DNA of 40,432 nt from a virus (taxonomy: Duplodnaviria > Caudoviricetes), in the IMG/VR virus record IMGVR_UViG_3300024420_000006, positions 1 to 40,432 of that record; one strand, 5' to 3'. Position 1 is the stretch's first letter, and each line of letters starts with the position of its first letter. Position numbers and translations under genes: made by a program. The notes below the pieces were generated by a model that was not told the DNA's origin, searched no databases, and saw only the letters and a program-made list of their open reading frames with translations. This document shows positions 28,509 through 37,603 of the stretch, piece after piece.

Positions 28509-29556
28509 TACTTTCTCTTTTAAATTCTGGTACAATACTCTTCATTAATAAAAGTATTTTATAAAAATCATTTAATCTGATTTTTGATAATTTTTCTATT
28601 TTAGGAATAATAGTTTTAAAATCATAATCAATATGATTCAGCTTCATAATATTATGATCATCAGTTGGTATCATATTTTCACCATTACATAATAGCTCTT
28701 CATATAATTTTTCACCTGGTCTTAAACCTATGTATTCAATTTTAGCATCACTATTAAAATGCTTAATTAAATTTTTAGCTAAATCAGTAATACTAACAGG
28801 TTCTCCCATATCAAATAAAAATACTTCTCCACCTTTACCTAGTGCACTTGCCTGTAAAACTAATTGACATGCCTCAGGTATAGTCATAAAGTATCTAATT
28901 ACCTCTCTGTGAGTGACACTTACAGGTCCTCCTCTTTCAATTTGTTTTATAAATGTTGGAATTACTGAACCTTCAGATCCTAATACATTACCAAATCTTG
29001 TAATTATAAAATTTGTGGCAGATTTTGTTTCTAAGAATTGTGTATATAATTCTGCAATTCTTTTTGTAGCCCCCATTACATTTGTAGGATTAACTGCTTT
29101 ATCGGTAGAAACCATTATAAATTTTTCTACCTCATTCATATAGGCAATATTAGAAACATTCATAGTTCCTAATACATTAGTTTTTATTGCTTCTATTGGG
29201 TTAGCCTCCATCATAGGTACATGCTTATAAGCAGCAGCATGAAAAACTATATTAGGCTTAAATGAATCAAAAACTTCTTCAAGTCGATACTTATCTCTTA
29301 CATCGCCTATTACATATTTAATATGAGACTTAGGAAATGATCTACTTATTTCTTGCTCCAAATGAAACATTGAAGCTTCGGCATTATCATAAACCGTAAC
29401 AGTACTAGTACCAAAGCTTATTAATTGTCTTACTATTTCACTCCCTATTGAACCGGCACCACCAGTTACTAATACTCTTTTTCCTTTTATGTAATCTTGG
29501 ATTGAATTAAGATCGGTAGATATAGGATCTCTTCCAAGTAATTTATTATAATCCAA
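28501..29556 (-). CDS. UDP-GlcNAc 4,6-dehydratase (PglF/CapD catalytic domain, no membrane anchor)
   Basis: LLGRDP, TGGAGSIGSE, HAAAYKHVP, STDKAVNPTNVMGATK, RFGNVLGS and GLRPGEKLYEEL. Confidence 0.93.
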   Translation of the reverse strand: MDYNKLLGRDPISTDLNSIQDYIKGKRVLVTGGAGSIGSEIVRQLISFGTSTVTVYDNAEASMFHLEQEISRSFPKSHIKYVIGDVRDKYRLEEVFDSFKPNIVFHAAAYKHVPMMEANPIEAIKTNVLGTMNVSNIAYMNEVEKFIMVSTDKAVNPTNVMGATKRIAELYTQFLETKSATNFIITRFGNVLGSEGSVIPTFIKQIERGGPVSVTHREVIRYFMTIPEACQLVLQASALGKGGEVFLFDMGEPVSITDLAKNLIKHFNSDAKIEYIGLRPGEKLYEELLCNGENMIPTDDHNIMKLNHIDYDFKTIIPKIEKLSKIRLNDFYKILLLMKSIVPEFKRESND

Positions 29557-30031
29557 AATCCTTAAACTTTAAAATATGAAACTCCTTTTCTAGTAATCCT
29601 TTTCCGACTAAATTATTAATAACAGATAATTGTGATTTCATTACCCTTTTTATTGCTTCCTTATAGTCCATAAAACCGGCCCAATCTACTTCTTCTACTT
29701 GTAATTGTTTTTTAGGAACCTTTAAATCTTTTAAGCCTATTTGATTTAAATCATCTATCTTCACTACATAATAGTAAACAATTTTTGTATACTTATATTT
29801 TCTTGTTGTTAAAGTAAATGTATATTCGGTTTTATCTATAAGATTTTTCGGTACACTTATTCCTACTTCTTCTTTTGTTTCCCTAATCGCAGCATCTAAC
29901 TTAGATTCACCTTCTTCAATACCACCTTTAGGAATTCCATAAGATCCATACCAGCCTCTGTTTGTTGTATGGGCTAATAAAACTTTATTATCATATATGA
30001 TCGCTAATCCTGCAGAAGTTTTGGTTTTCAT
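29546..30031 (-). CDS. NUDIX hydrolase
   Basis: Nudix box GGIEEGESKLDAAIRETKEEVG. Confidence 0.92.
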   Translation of the reverse strand: MKTKTSAGLAIIYDNKVLLAHTTNRGWYGSYGIPKGGIEEGESKLDAAIRETKEEVGISVPKNLIDKTEYTFTLTTRKYKYTKIVYYYVVKIDDLNQIGLKDLKVPKKQLQVEEVDWAGFMDYKEAIKRVMKSQLSVINNLVGKGLLEKEFHILKFKDFGL

Positions 30032-30774
30032 ATATTATTTATTTGAGACACTAACCAGTCTAATTCTACTTGGCTACCAGAGTCAGATATTGCATTATCA
30101 GGATCTGGGTGTGTTTCAATAAATGAACCATCATATTCAAAAATCTTTGCAGCTTGTGCATATTGTTTTGCTAACTTACGGCTACCACCAGTTATGCCGT
30201 CGCCTGCCATTTGGGTTGAATGAGTGCAATCTAAAATAACTTTATCTGCAAATTTTTTCATTACATCAACTCCTCTAAAATCTACAATAAGTCTATCATA
30301 TCCAAAATTAGATCCTCTTTCAGTTACCCATACTTCACAGTTAGGATCTACTTCTTTTATTTTTGTAACTGCATGATTCATTGCTTCAGCAGATAACCAT
30401 TGACCTTTCTTAATATTAATAATATTAAAATTTTTAGCACATTCAACTAAAAGATCTGTTTGTCTACATAAGAATGCTGGTATTTGAATAACATCTACTA
30501 CTTCGGATAGCGGTAAAGCCTGAGAAGGTTCATGAATATCTGTTATGATTTTAATATCAGGATAGTAATGTTTAACTGTTCTCATGATTTCCATCCCTTC
30601 CTCTAAACCAGGACCTCTATCAGAATGTATAGAAGTTCTGTTTGCTTTATCAAAAGAACCTTTTAAGTACCAATTTTTATCTCCCATCCAAGCATCTAAT
30701 GTTTTTGCCACAGTTAAGAAGTTATCCTCATTTTCAATGCTACAAGGTCCAAGTATATAAGTATAGTCTTTCAT
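30028..30774 (-). CDS. kdsA: KDO-8-phosphate synthase
   Basis: GPCSIE, KGSFDKANRTS, QIPAFLCRQTDLL, KKGQ, ERG, DCTHS and ETHPDPDNAISD. Confidence 0.93.
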   Translation of the reverse strand: MKDYTYILGPCSIENEDNFLTVAKTLDAWMGDKNWYLKGSFDKANRTSIHSDRGPGLEEGMEIMRTVKHYYPDIKIITDIHEPSQALPLSEVVDVIQIPAFLCRQTDLLVECAKNFNIINIKKGQWLSAEAMNHAVTKIKEVDPNCEVWVTERGSNFGYDRLIVDFRGVDVMKKFADKVILDCTHSTQMAGDGITGGSRKLAKQYAQAAKIFEYDGSFIETHPDPDNAISDSGSQVELDWLVSQINNI

Positions 30775-30786
30775 AATGTATTATTA

Positions 30787-30814
30787 ATTATACATAAAAT
30801 ATTATCTTTGTTTC
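30787..30814 (-). promoter_or_regulatory. Putative middle promoter GAAAC-N17-TATAAT heading the kdsA-pgl operon
   Basis: Recurrent bipartite motif. Confidence 0.7.
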
Positions 30815-30826
30815 ATTAAAGAAACA

Positions 30827-32602
30827 TTACCCATCACAACTAATACAGTCTTCCATTGCCTTTTGTGCAATGTCACCTCTTAGTACAGATTCAGTTCTCA
30901 TGTAATAGAGAGTTTTAATTCCTTGCTTCCATGCTTCCAAATGAACCTGGTTAATCCATTTTGGGGTAGCTTCTTTAGGAAATGCTAAGTTTAATGATAC
31001 TGCCTGGTCTACGTATTGTTGTCTAACGCCTGCTTGTTTTACTAATTCTAATTGATTAATTTCTTTAAATGTTTTAAACACATCCTTGAACGGAACACCT
31101 TCTTGATATTGTGGAACATCTTTACATTTCATTAATATGCCTTTTAAGAAACACCAATCATCTAAGAATTTTAATCCTTGTACAGATCCACCGTCAGCCA
31201 TAATTTTATCCCATACCTTTTTATTATTATGACCTATCTTTTCTAGATAACCTTCTAACTGTTGGTTCTTTCTAATAAAGGTACCTTTTGCAGATTGATC
31301 AGTCCATATATTTGCAGGTACTGGTTCAATACCGGCAGATATCCCTCCTGCTAATTTAGAATTAGAAACTGTAGGTGCGACGGCTCTTAAGTGAGTGTTT
31401 CTAAAACCAGTATCTCTGCACCATAAAGGTTCTCCATATTCCTCAGCAAGATCGCGGCTTGCCTTTTCACTTTCTATTTTGATTTGAGAAAATATATTAC
31501 GTGTTTCGTATTGTGCTTCTAACCCTTCGAATGCGATACCTCTTTGCTGTAGGTAAGTATGCCAACCTAAAACACCTAAACCAATTGCCCTACCTTTCTC
31601 GGCAGTTCTTACAGAATTCTCAAAACCTTTTCTGTATTTTGCCTTTTGTATAAATTCTTCAAGTACACCATCAAGAAACCATGTTGCATCATAGATAAGA
31701 TTAGTATTTTTCCATTCATCATACTTTGAAAGATTAAGAGAACTTAAACAGCAAACAAAAGAATGATTTTCATCTGTGTGTAAAACGATTTCGGAACAAA
31801 TGTTGGTCATAAATACTTTTAAACCATTTCTCTTATATGCCTCAGGATTTTGTTTATTTACATTCCCTCTGTACATTATGTAAGGTTGACCAGTTTGTCT
31901 TCTCTTTCTTTGTACTGCACCGTATCTTTTTCTTGCCTCAGTATCACCTTCCAAAACATTTCTCATAAACTTATCGCCTATAACAACACATTGATTTGTA
32001 TTTAAACATTGTCGGTTAATGTCACCTTTAGGTTCTCTGATTTCTAACCATTCCCAAAAATCATCATGTTCAATACTTAAGTTTGTACTTGCAGCACCTC
32101 TTCTTACTGCACCTTGATTAGTTGCAAGAATTGTAGAATCATTTATTTTTATAAAAGGTACTACACCATCACTCGTTCCATTATCAGTTATAGAAGCACC
32201 GGCTGGTCTAATCTGATTATGGCATATTCCTACACCACCTCCATGTTTAGCCAATAACATTAATTCAAGGTTCTTTTGCCCTATATCATTAATAGAATCA
32301 GCTACATCGATTCCAAAACAGCTAATAGGTAAACCTCTTTCAGTTCCAGTATTACTTAATACAGGTGATGCTAAATTTAACCATCCCTTCCAAATGTACT
32401 TCATAAACTTATCAGCCATCTCTGGTTTTTTAAGCCTATTTGCAACAGTTGTTGCAACTCTCCAATACGCATCCTTTGGAGTTTCTCCTGGTAAACAATA
32501 CCCTCTTGATATTGTATTTAAGTAAACATCAGTATGACCCCATTCTGGATAATCAACACCACGTTCCCAACCTAATTCTTTTTCTATTTGATCTGCTGTC
32601 AT
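30827..32602 (-). CDS. nrdA: Class I ribonucleotide reductase alpha subunit (short, no ATP cone)
   Basis: PISCF, GGGVG, TNICSEI, APTVSNS, KTLYY and C-terminal CISCDG. Confidence 0.95.
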   Translation of the reverse strand: MTADQIEKELGWERGVDYPEWGHTDVYLNTISRGYCLPGETPKDAYWRVATTVANRLKKPEMADKFMKYIWKGWLNLASPVLSNTGTERGLPISCFGIDVADSINDIGQKNLELMLLAKHGGGVGICHNQIRPAGASITDNGTSDGVVPFIKINDSTILATNQGAVRRGAASTNLSIEHDDFWEWLEIREPKGDINRQCLNTNQCVVIGDKFMRNVLEGDTEARKRYGAVQRKRRQTGQPYIMYRGNVNKQNPEAYKRNGLKVFMTNICSEIVLHTDENHSFVCCLSSLNLSKYDEWKNTNLIYDATWFLDGVLEEFIQKAKYRKGFENSVRTAEKGRAIGLGVLGWHTYLQQRGIAFEGLEAQYETRNIFSQIKIESEKASRDLAEEYGEPLWCRDTGFRNTHLRAVAPTVSNSKLAGGISAGIEPVPANIWTDQSAKGTFIRKNQQLEGYLEKIGHNNKKVWDKIMADGGSVQGLKFLDDWCFLKGILMKCKDVPQYQEGVPFKDVFKTFKEINQLELVKQAGVRQQYVDQAVSLNLAFPKEATPKWINQVHLEAWKQGIKTLYYMRTESVLRGDIAQKAMEDCISCDG

Positions 32603-32620
32603 TTTTGTCTTTTTTAATTA

Positions 32621-33616
32621 TTACCATATATCATCCCAATCATCACCTTCTCCTGCTTTAGCATAATCAGTTGGTCTGATTGCAAAGAAGTCAGTATGAG
32701 TATGACCACCAGTTAAATGATAAAACCAATCTAATTCATCTGCTGATTTTTCATCATATTCAAATATTGGCTCTAATCCTAATTCTTGTAATTTTTCATT
32801 TGTTCTTCTGTAAATAAAATTCTTAAGGTCATATGCCTTTAAATTTTCAATATCTCCTTGTTCAAAAATCTTATCTATATAATTATGTTCCATATTTACA
32901 ATAAGTTTTGCAGCCTCATAAACAGATTCACTAACATCAGCTCTTAGATTTTTATCTTCTTCACACATATGATTAAATAATCGACAACCCATTTTAGAAT
33001 GTAACGATTCATCTCTCACAGACCATTTCATTTGCTGACCGATTCCCTTTAAAAGGTTTCTCATTTGAAAAGAATAAAGAACAGCAAAAGAACTGTATAA
33101 ACTTACACCTTCGGCAAATGCAGAAAAGATTGCAAGACTTCTGGCAACTTCCTTTCTTGCTTCTGAATTTTCTAATAAATCTTTATCAGTATACTCAGCA
33201 TTTGTGGACATTAAAAATTCAAATTTATCTGCCATAGAAGGTTCATGTAAGAATGCAGCAAAATCTTCAAGTCCTAAAGTTTCGTTAAGATAAGAATATG
33301 CAACAGCATGAATAGTTTCTTGAGATCCGAACATCATTGCCATTTGTCTGATTTCATGTTTAGGAAACCATTTAGTTACCATCCCAGTCCAATAATCAGA
33401 TACTGCACATTCAGTTTGAGCAAATCCTAAAAGAATATTTCCAACTAGGTTTTTTTCATGAGGTTTAAGATTTTCATTCCAATCCTTTACATCACCTTGC
33501 ATTGATATTTCTGTATGTAACCAAAAGGCTTGGGCTTGTGGTAGCCAACCATCTAAATAATATTCTGGATATTCAAAGGGTTTATATTCGACGCGTTCTG
33601 TAAAGAGTTTACTCAT
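32621..33616 (-). CDS. nrdB: Class I ribonucleotide reductase beta subunit
   Basis: FW, ETIHAVAYS (radical Tyr), EGVSLYSSF, RDESLH and DFFAIRPTDY. Confidence 0.95.
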   Translation of the reverse strand: MSKLFTERVEYKPFEYPEYYLDGWLPQAQAFWLHTEISMQGDVKDWNENLKPHEKNLVGNILLGFAQTECAVSDYWTGMVTKWFPKHEIRQMAMMFGSQETIHAVAYSYLNETLGLEDFAAFLHEPSMADKFEFLMSTNAEYTDKDLLENSEARKEVARSLAIFSAFAEGVSLYSSFAVLYSFQMRNLLKGIGQQMKWSVRDESLHSKMGCRLFNHMCEEDKNLRADVSESVYEAAKLIVNMEHNYIDKIFEQGDIENLKAYDLKNFIYRRTNEKLQELGLEPIFEYDEKSADELDWFYHLTGGHTHTDFFAIRPTDYAKAGEGDDWDDIW

Positions 33617-33690
33617 GTTTAAAATTTTCTTTTTGACTAAATATGCATCGGCAGATGCATAGTTTGTTTTGTTTAATGTTAATTATTTAT

Positions 33691-35097
33691 TTAAGACTTT
33701 TTAAGTTCTTGTTCTAAATCATATGCTTTTTGCTGTAAACGGAAAGATTCTTTCTTATATTCTTTTCTTTGTGAATATAACCTAGTAAGAACATCCTTTA
33801 AGATTGATCTTTCAGTATCATATACTGCACCAGTTACCGATACAATATTATTGTCACCTCTTTCTTCTTCTCTTTTTTCTGGTGATACCTTTTTCTTAAA
33901 ACTTTCTGGTGAAACGTTCATCTGTCTCATAATAGAAGGATATAGAGAAGCAAAGTCAAATGCAGCAACCGCATTATGCATACCTGTGATAGGTTCTTTT
34001 ACAAAAGCACCTTCAAATTGTTCTCTTTTTGCAGGAGGTGCTTTAGGGTCTTTTGCCATTACAAGGTTTCTTGTTAAAAACTCTCTTGCCAATAACGCCT
34101 CAGTAATTGCAACAGGTGAAGCAGCTTTGAAAATACTAATCTGAGTCATATGAGCAATAGTTAATGCAATATCCATCGTCTTAATCTTTTGATGAATAAG
34201 ATAAACTAATGCAGTATCAATTACATTATAGAAAACATATTTAGGATAATCCTTTTCATACATGTCTTGGATAGTACCTTCATATTTAACCTTCTTAATT
34301 CCTACAACAGCTTCACCTACAGTATCTAATTTAAAATCTTCTTTAATATCAACAGTCCTATCCCATTTAGCATAAATATCTAAATAATCCATAACACCAA
34401 CATGGCATGGAAATTCATCTCTACCAAAATTTCTACCTATTGGTGAAGCTGACCCAATATCAATCCCTAATTTTTTACATCGGTTAATAATGTACTGCCA
34501 ATCAAATTTAACATAGTTCCAACCTGTCATCATTGGAAATTTTTGGACAAAGGACATCATAAAGGTTGACATCATATCATATTCAGATTTAAAACATTTA
34601 AAAGTAAATGTAAAATCATCATCTATATTTTTAAAATGTTCATCTATTTGTTTCTGAATCTTTGTTTGTGTTTGATTATCTAAGTCTTTAGTTGCTAAAA
34701 CTATACATTGTTTTTCTGGTGTAACAATACATATCGTAGTAACCGGGTTAGGTGCCTTACTTGGTTCAGGAAATGAATCGGTTACCTCAACCTCAATATC
34801 AACAAAATAAGTTCTTGGAAAATGATAACCGAAAATTAATTTTCTATCAGAAGGTGATATTTGATCCATATATTCAATAATTCTATACTTATTTAAAAAT
34901 CTTGACCTTGCCTTCTTAACTGACCGGCCATCCCAATTTTTTATTTTTGAATCTGCGTTAGGATCATCACTATCACATACTTCCCAATTAAACATATCTT
35001 CTGGTTTAAGATCATAAGTCTTAAATCTAGTTTTTCCATCAAGGTTAAAATAAGATACCCATAATTGACGATCTTCTTGTGTAATATCTAAAAGCAT
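33691..35097 (-). CDS. Family B DNA polymerase, N-terminal half (3'-5' exonuclease, motif A, first finger helix)
   Basis: ExoI VDIEV, ExoII GWNYVKFD, ExoIII YNVIDT and motif A DFASLYPSIM; ends after LYSQRKEYKK. Confidence 0.93.
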   Translation of the reverse strand: MLLDITQEDRQLWVSYFNLDGKTRFKTYDLKPEDMFNWEVCDSDDPNADSKIKNWDGRSVKKARSRFLNKYRIIEYMDQISPSDRKLIFGYHFPRTYFVDIEVEVTDSFPEPSKAPNPVTTICIVTPEKQCIVLATKDLDNQTQTKIQKQIDEHFKNIDDDFTFTFKCFKSEYDMMSTFMMSFVQKFPMMTGWNYVKFDWQYIINRCKKLGIDIGSASPIGRNFGRDEFPCHVGVMDYLDIYAKWDRTVDIKEDFKLDTVGEAVVGIKKVKYEGTIQDMYEKDYPKYVFYNVIDTALVYLIHQKIKTMDIALTIAHMTQISIFKAASPVAITEALLAREFLTRNLVMAKDPKAPPAKREQFEGAFVKEPITGMHNAVAAFDFASLYPSIMRQMNVSPESFKKKVSPEKREEERGDNNIVSVTGAVYDTERSILKDVLTRLYSQRKEYKKESFRLQQKAYDLEQELKKS

Positions 35098-35105
35098 ATT
35101 TATTT

Positions 35106-35133
35106 TTTATAAGTAAAAATTAATAATTGTTTT
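35106..35133 (-). promoter_or_regulatory. Putative middle promoter AAAAC-N17-TATAAA (polymerase N-half)
   Basis: Recurrent bipartite motif. Confidence 0.6.
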
Positions 35134-35614
35134 CTTGTCTGTTCCAATTCTCTTCATTTTTAGAGAGATAGTAATTATAGAACTCTTGTGGTGTTACACC
35201 TATGGCCAAACCTGCATTAAATACAAAGTGCATAACATCGATCCATTCCATTTTTAATTCTTTTAAATCTCCTGGAGTTAAATCTGATAATTTTTGTTTT
35301 CTTATTTCAGGGTTTGCAGATTTCCAAGGTTTCCATGCAGCATTACCTTCACCATCTTCAATACCACCTACAGCATCCATCATTTCATGTAATTCATCAA
35401 TAATTGCATGATTGGTTACCATAAGAAAATCTACAACATCACCTATGGTAAATTCGGAAAAAGGTTTTCTACCTTGTTTCTCAAAATACATAGATTGTGT
35501 TTTTGCTTGGAGTGAATAAAGATCTTCTAATGAATTTTTAGAATGATCATAACCGTTCTCTGAAAAGTAATCTCTTACCTCGAGATCTTTACATTTATTA
35601 TCAATGTTAGCCAT
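35120..35614 (-). CDS. All-alpha dimeric dCTPase/dUTPase (T4 gp56-like)
   Basis: DELHE, WKPWK, MEWIDVMHF and KNEENWNRQ. Confidence 0.85.
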   Translation of the reverse strand: MANIDNKCKDLEVRDYFSENGYDHSKNSLEDLYSLQAKTQSMYFEKQGRKPFSEFTIGDVVDFLMVTNHAIIDELHEMMDAVGGIEDGEGNAAWKPWKSANPEIRKQKLSDLTPGDLKELKMEWIDVMHFVFNAGLAIGVTPQEFYNYYLSKNEENWNRQENNY

Positions 35615-35631
35615 AAAATATTTGATTTATT

Positions 35632-35660
35632 TTTATATAGCTAATCTATACATTTGTTTA
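35632..35660 (-). promoter_or_regulatory. Putative middle promoter TAAAC-N18-TATAAA (dCTPase/dUTPase)
   Basis: Recurrent bipartite motif. Confidence 0.7.
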
Positions 35661-36494
35661 CATGTAAGCAGAAGGATTTGGGAGACCGCTGTAATGATCC
35701 CATAAAGCATCTTCATCCCATTTAGAATCATACCAAAACATTCTTCCATTTTTGTCCTTTCGCTTTGACATATTAGGATTACCGTAGCACCTCATAAATT
35801 TTCTAAGAGGTTCTGGGTCTGTACTAAATGGGCTTTCCCAATCTTTTAATTGACCACCTCCTAAAGCATATGCCTGTAATGGAATATCTCTACATAATAC
35901 AAAAATATCAGGTTCTCTTCTAAGAATATCTCTAGCAGACGCAAAAGGATTAATATGTGGAAGACGATAAAGTATTTCTGCCCTAAGATAATTTCCTATA
36001 CCGTTAAAGTAAGACTGGTTCATCAGTACTGTGTGTATAGGGTGATTGAATGCAGCTTTATCTAAGTTATGAATAATATTATCAGTAAAGGCATCATATT
36101 CAGTTGTAGGATCTGGTCCTCTGTTAGGTGACCAATCATCTACCCATTTCCACTTACCGAATCTACGGACATCTACAAATGATAATGTAGTACCATCCTT
36201 TTCAGCAAACATAAGATGAGAATGTTTTTTCTCACCTCCTGTATTTGTATGAGCAAAATGACCGCTCATTCCCATGGTCATTAGAAGATGCCGCTTTTCA
36301 CTAGAATCATTATCGGAAAGCGTAAGCATAAGTTCCTTTCCTCTACTCTCTGCTGAGATTCTAAAGAACTTAAAAGGTACTTCAATATCTTTACCTTTAT
36401 GAACCGGGTTCTTTTTAATGTTTACAAATTTTAATCCGTTTGCCGATTTATTAACATAGTCGGCGGTTAGTCTAAGTTCAGCTAATTCTGGCAT
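35658..36494 (-). CDS. Fpg/Nei DNA glycosylase/AP lyase of NEIL1 (zincless finger) type
   Basis: N-terminal PE, RGKEL, GMSG, FVDVRRFG and H2TH FNGIGNYLRAEILYR; no Cys4 zinc finger. Confidence 0.92.
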   Translation of the reverse strand: MPELAELRLTADYVNKSANGLKFVNIKKNPVHKGKDIEVPFKFFRISAESRGKELMLTLSDNDSSEKRHLLMTMGMSGHFAHTNTGGEKKHSHLMFAEKDGTTLSFVDVRRFGKWKWVDDWSPNRGPDPTTEYDAFTDNIIHNLDKAAFNHPIHTVLMNQSYFNGIGNYLRAEILYRLPHINPFASARDILRREPDIFVLCRDIPLQAYALGGGQLKDWESPFSTDPEPLRKFMRCYGNPNMSKRKDKNGRMFWYDSKWDEDALWDHYSGLPNPSAYM

Positions 36495-36497
36495 ATT

Positions 36498-37007
36498 TTA
36501 ACAGTTAAATCCTTTAATGTAAATATCTAAGGAGGTTAGTAATTCAGGGGTTCTTATACCGCTTCTACATACGGCGTCTAATGTTTTTTGTTCAGTTTTA
36601 AGTATCCAAGCAATCTTAAGATTATTAATTAAGACATCATGTATATTTTTAACTGTAATTTTTTCTAAGCCATAAAGCTTTTTTGCTATTTGAGAGACTG
36701 GTACAATATGTTCTTGGTGAAAGATACCATTTTGCCTACCTATATCTCTTAGTCCGCTTTTATGATTTTGTTCTTTCCATCTTACCCATTGGAGCCTTTC
36801 TTCGGCATCAGGTATTTCCATTTTCTTTGCTTCATTCAATGCTCCTAAGGAATACATATAAGGTATTCCATGTTGCCTAGGATTATCAGAAGAGAATCTA
36901 ATTATTCTGGATATAGCATACTTAGTATCTTTATCATCAGGATTTTCATCATACCATTTAAGTAAAGGGTATAATGTCTCGGCATATAATTTTATTCTTG
37001 GTATCAT
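36498..37007 (-). CDS. Hypothetical protein with an EHIVP (HNH-like) motif
   Basis: 169 aa, coupled to the sigma gene; the single motif FHQEHIVPVS is the only clue. Confidence 0.6.
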   Translation of the reverse strand: MIPRIKLYAETLYPLLKWYDENPDDKDTKYAISRIIRFSSDNPRQHGIPYMYSLGALNEAKKMEIPDAEERLQWVRWKEQNHKSGLRDIGRQNGIFHQEHIVPVSQIAKKLYGLEKITVKNIHDVLINNLKIAWILKTEQKTLDAVCRSGIRTPELLTSLDIYIKGFNC

Positions 37008-37576
37008 CCTTTCATCAGTTTTATAGCATTACGAATATTTCCGTTTACTGCCTGGACAGTCAGACCAAGTTCTTTGGCAATTTCAGAAGTTTTCATTTCA
37101 TGGCAGCCGATACCGAATTTCATTTTGATGATTTCTTGTTGCTTAGGTTTAAGTTTAGTAAGTAAACCTGCAATAGTATGATTCATATGAGATTCATCAT
37201 GAGCGGTTTCAATATGAGGTTGATATGAACCTTGGTAAGTAGCATCCAATACAGATACTTTAGGTGCTTCTTCAGTAAGATGAGTCTTATGAGCCGGTAC
37301 TCGGATGGTACGGCTTTTGTTGTTAAGAGCTTGGCGAATTGTTGCCTTGATCCACCATGAAGCATGAGTGGAGAATTTTGCACCGTTTGATTTTGCAGGG
37401 TTCCATTTATCCCTTGCTTGACATAATCCGATTGTACCTTCATGGATCAGATCTTCCAATGATAGTCCCATACCTTGATATTTTTTAGCAAGGTGAACGA
37501 CCAATCTTAGGTTACCTAATACTGGGTCTTTTGATGTTTTGTACTCTCCGATTTGTTTGTAGAATGTGTTATCCAT
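37004..37576 (-). CDS. Minimal sigma-70-family RNA polymerase sigma factor (regions 2 and 4)
   Basis: NLRLVVHLAKKY, EDLIHEGTIGL, KFSTHASWWIK, SRTIRVP and a C-terminal HTH (TSEIAKELGLT). Confidence 0.92.
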   Translation of the reverse strand: MDNTFYKQIGEYKTSKDPVLGNLRLVVHLAKKYQGMGLSLEDLIHEGTIGLCQARDKWNPAKSNGAKFSTHASWWIKATIRQALNNKSRTIRVPAHKTHLTEEAPKVSVLDATYQGSYQPHIETAHDESHMNHTIAGLLTKLKPKQQEIIKMKFGIGCHEMKTSEIAKELGLTVQAVNGNIRNAIKLMKG

Positions 37577-37603
37577 ATTGTTTTCCGTTTTATAATTATA
37601 TTA

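Noticed and set aside
16693-35097. Split intein or intron joining the polymerase halves
   Set aside because: No intein N-terminal Cys/Ser block or His-Asn terminus, no homing endonuclease and no room for intron structure at either break.
37183-37443. 86-aa alternative-frame ORF inside the sigma gene
   Set aside because: It is fully nested out of frame, with no motif or leader.
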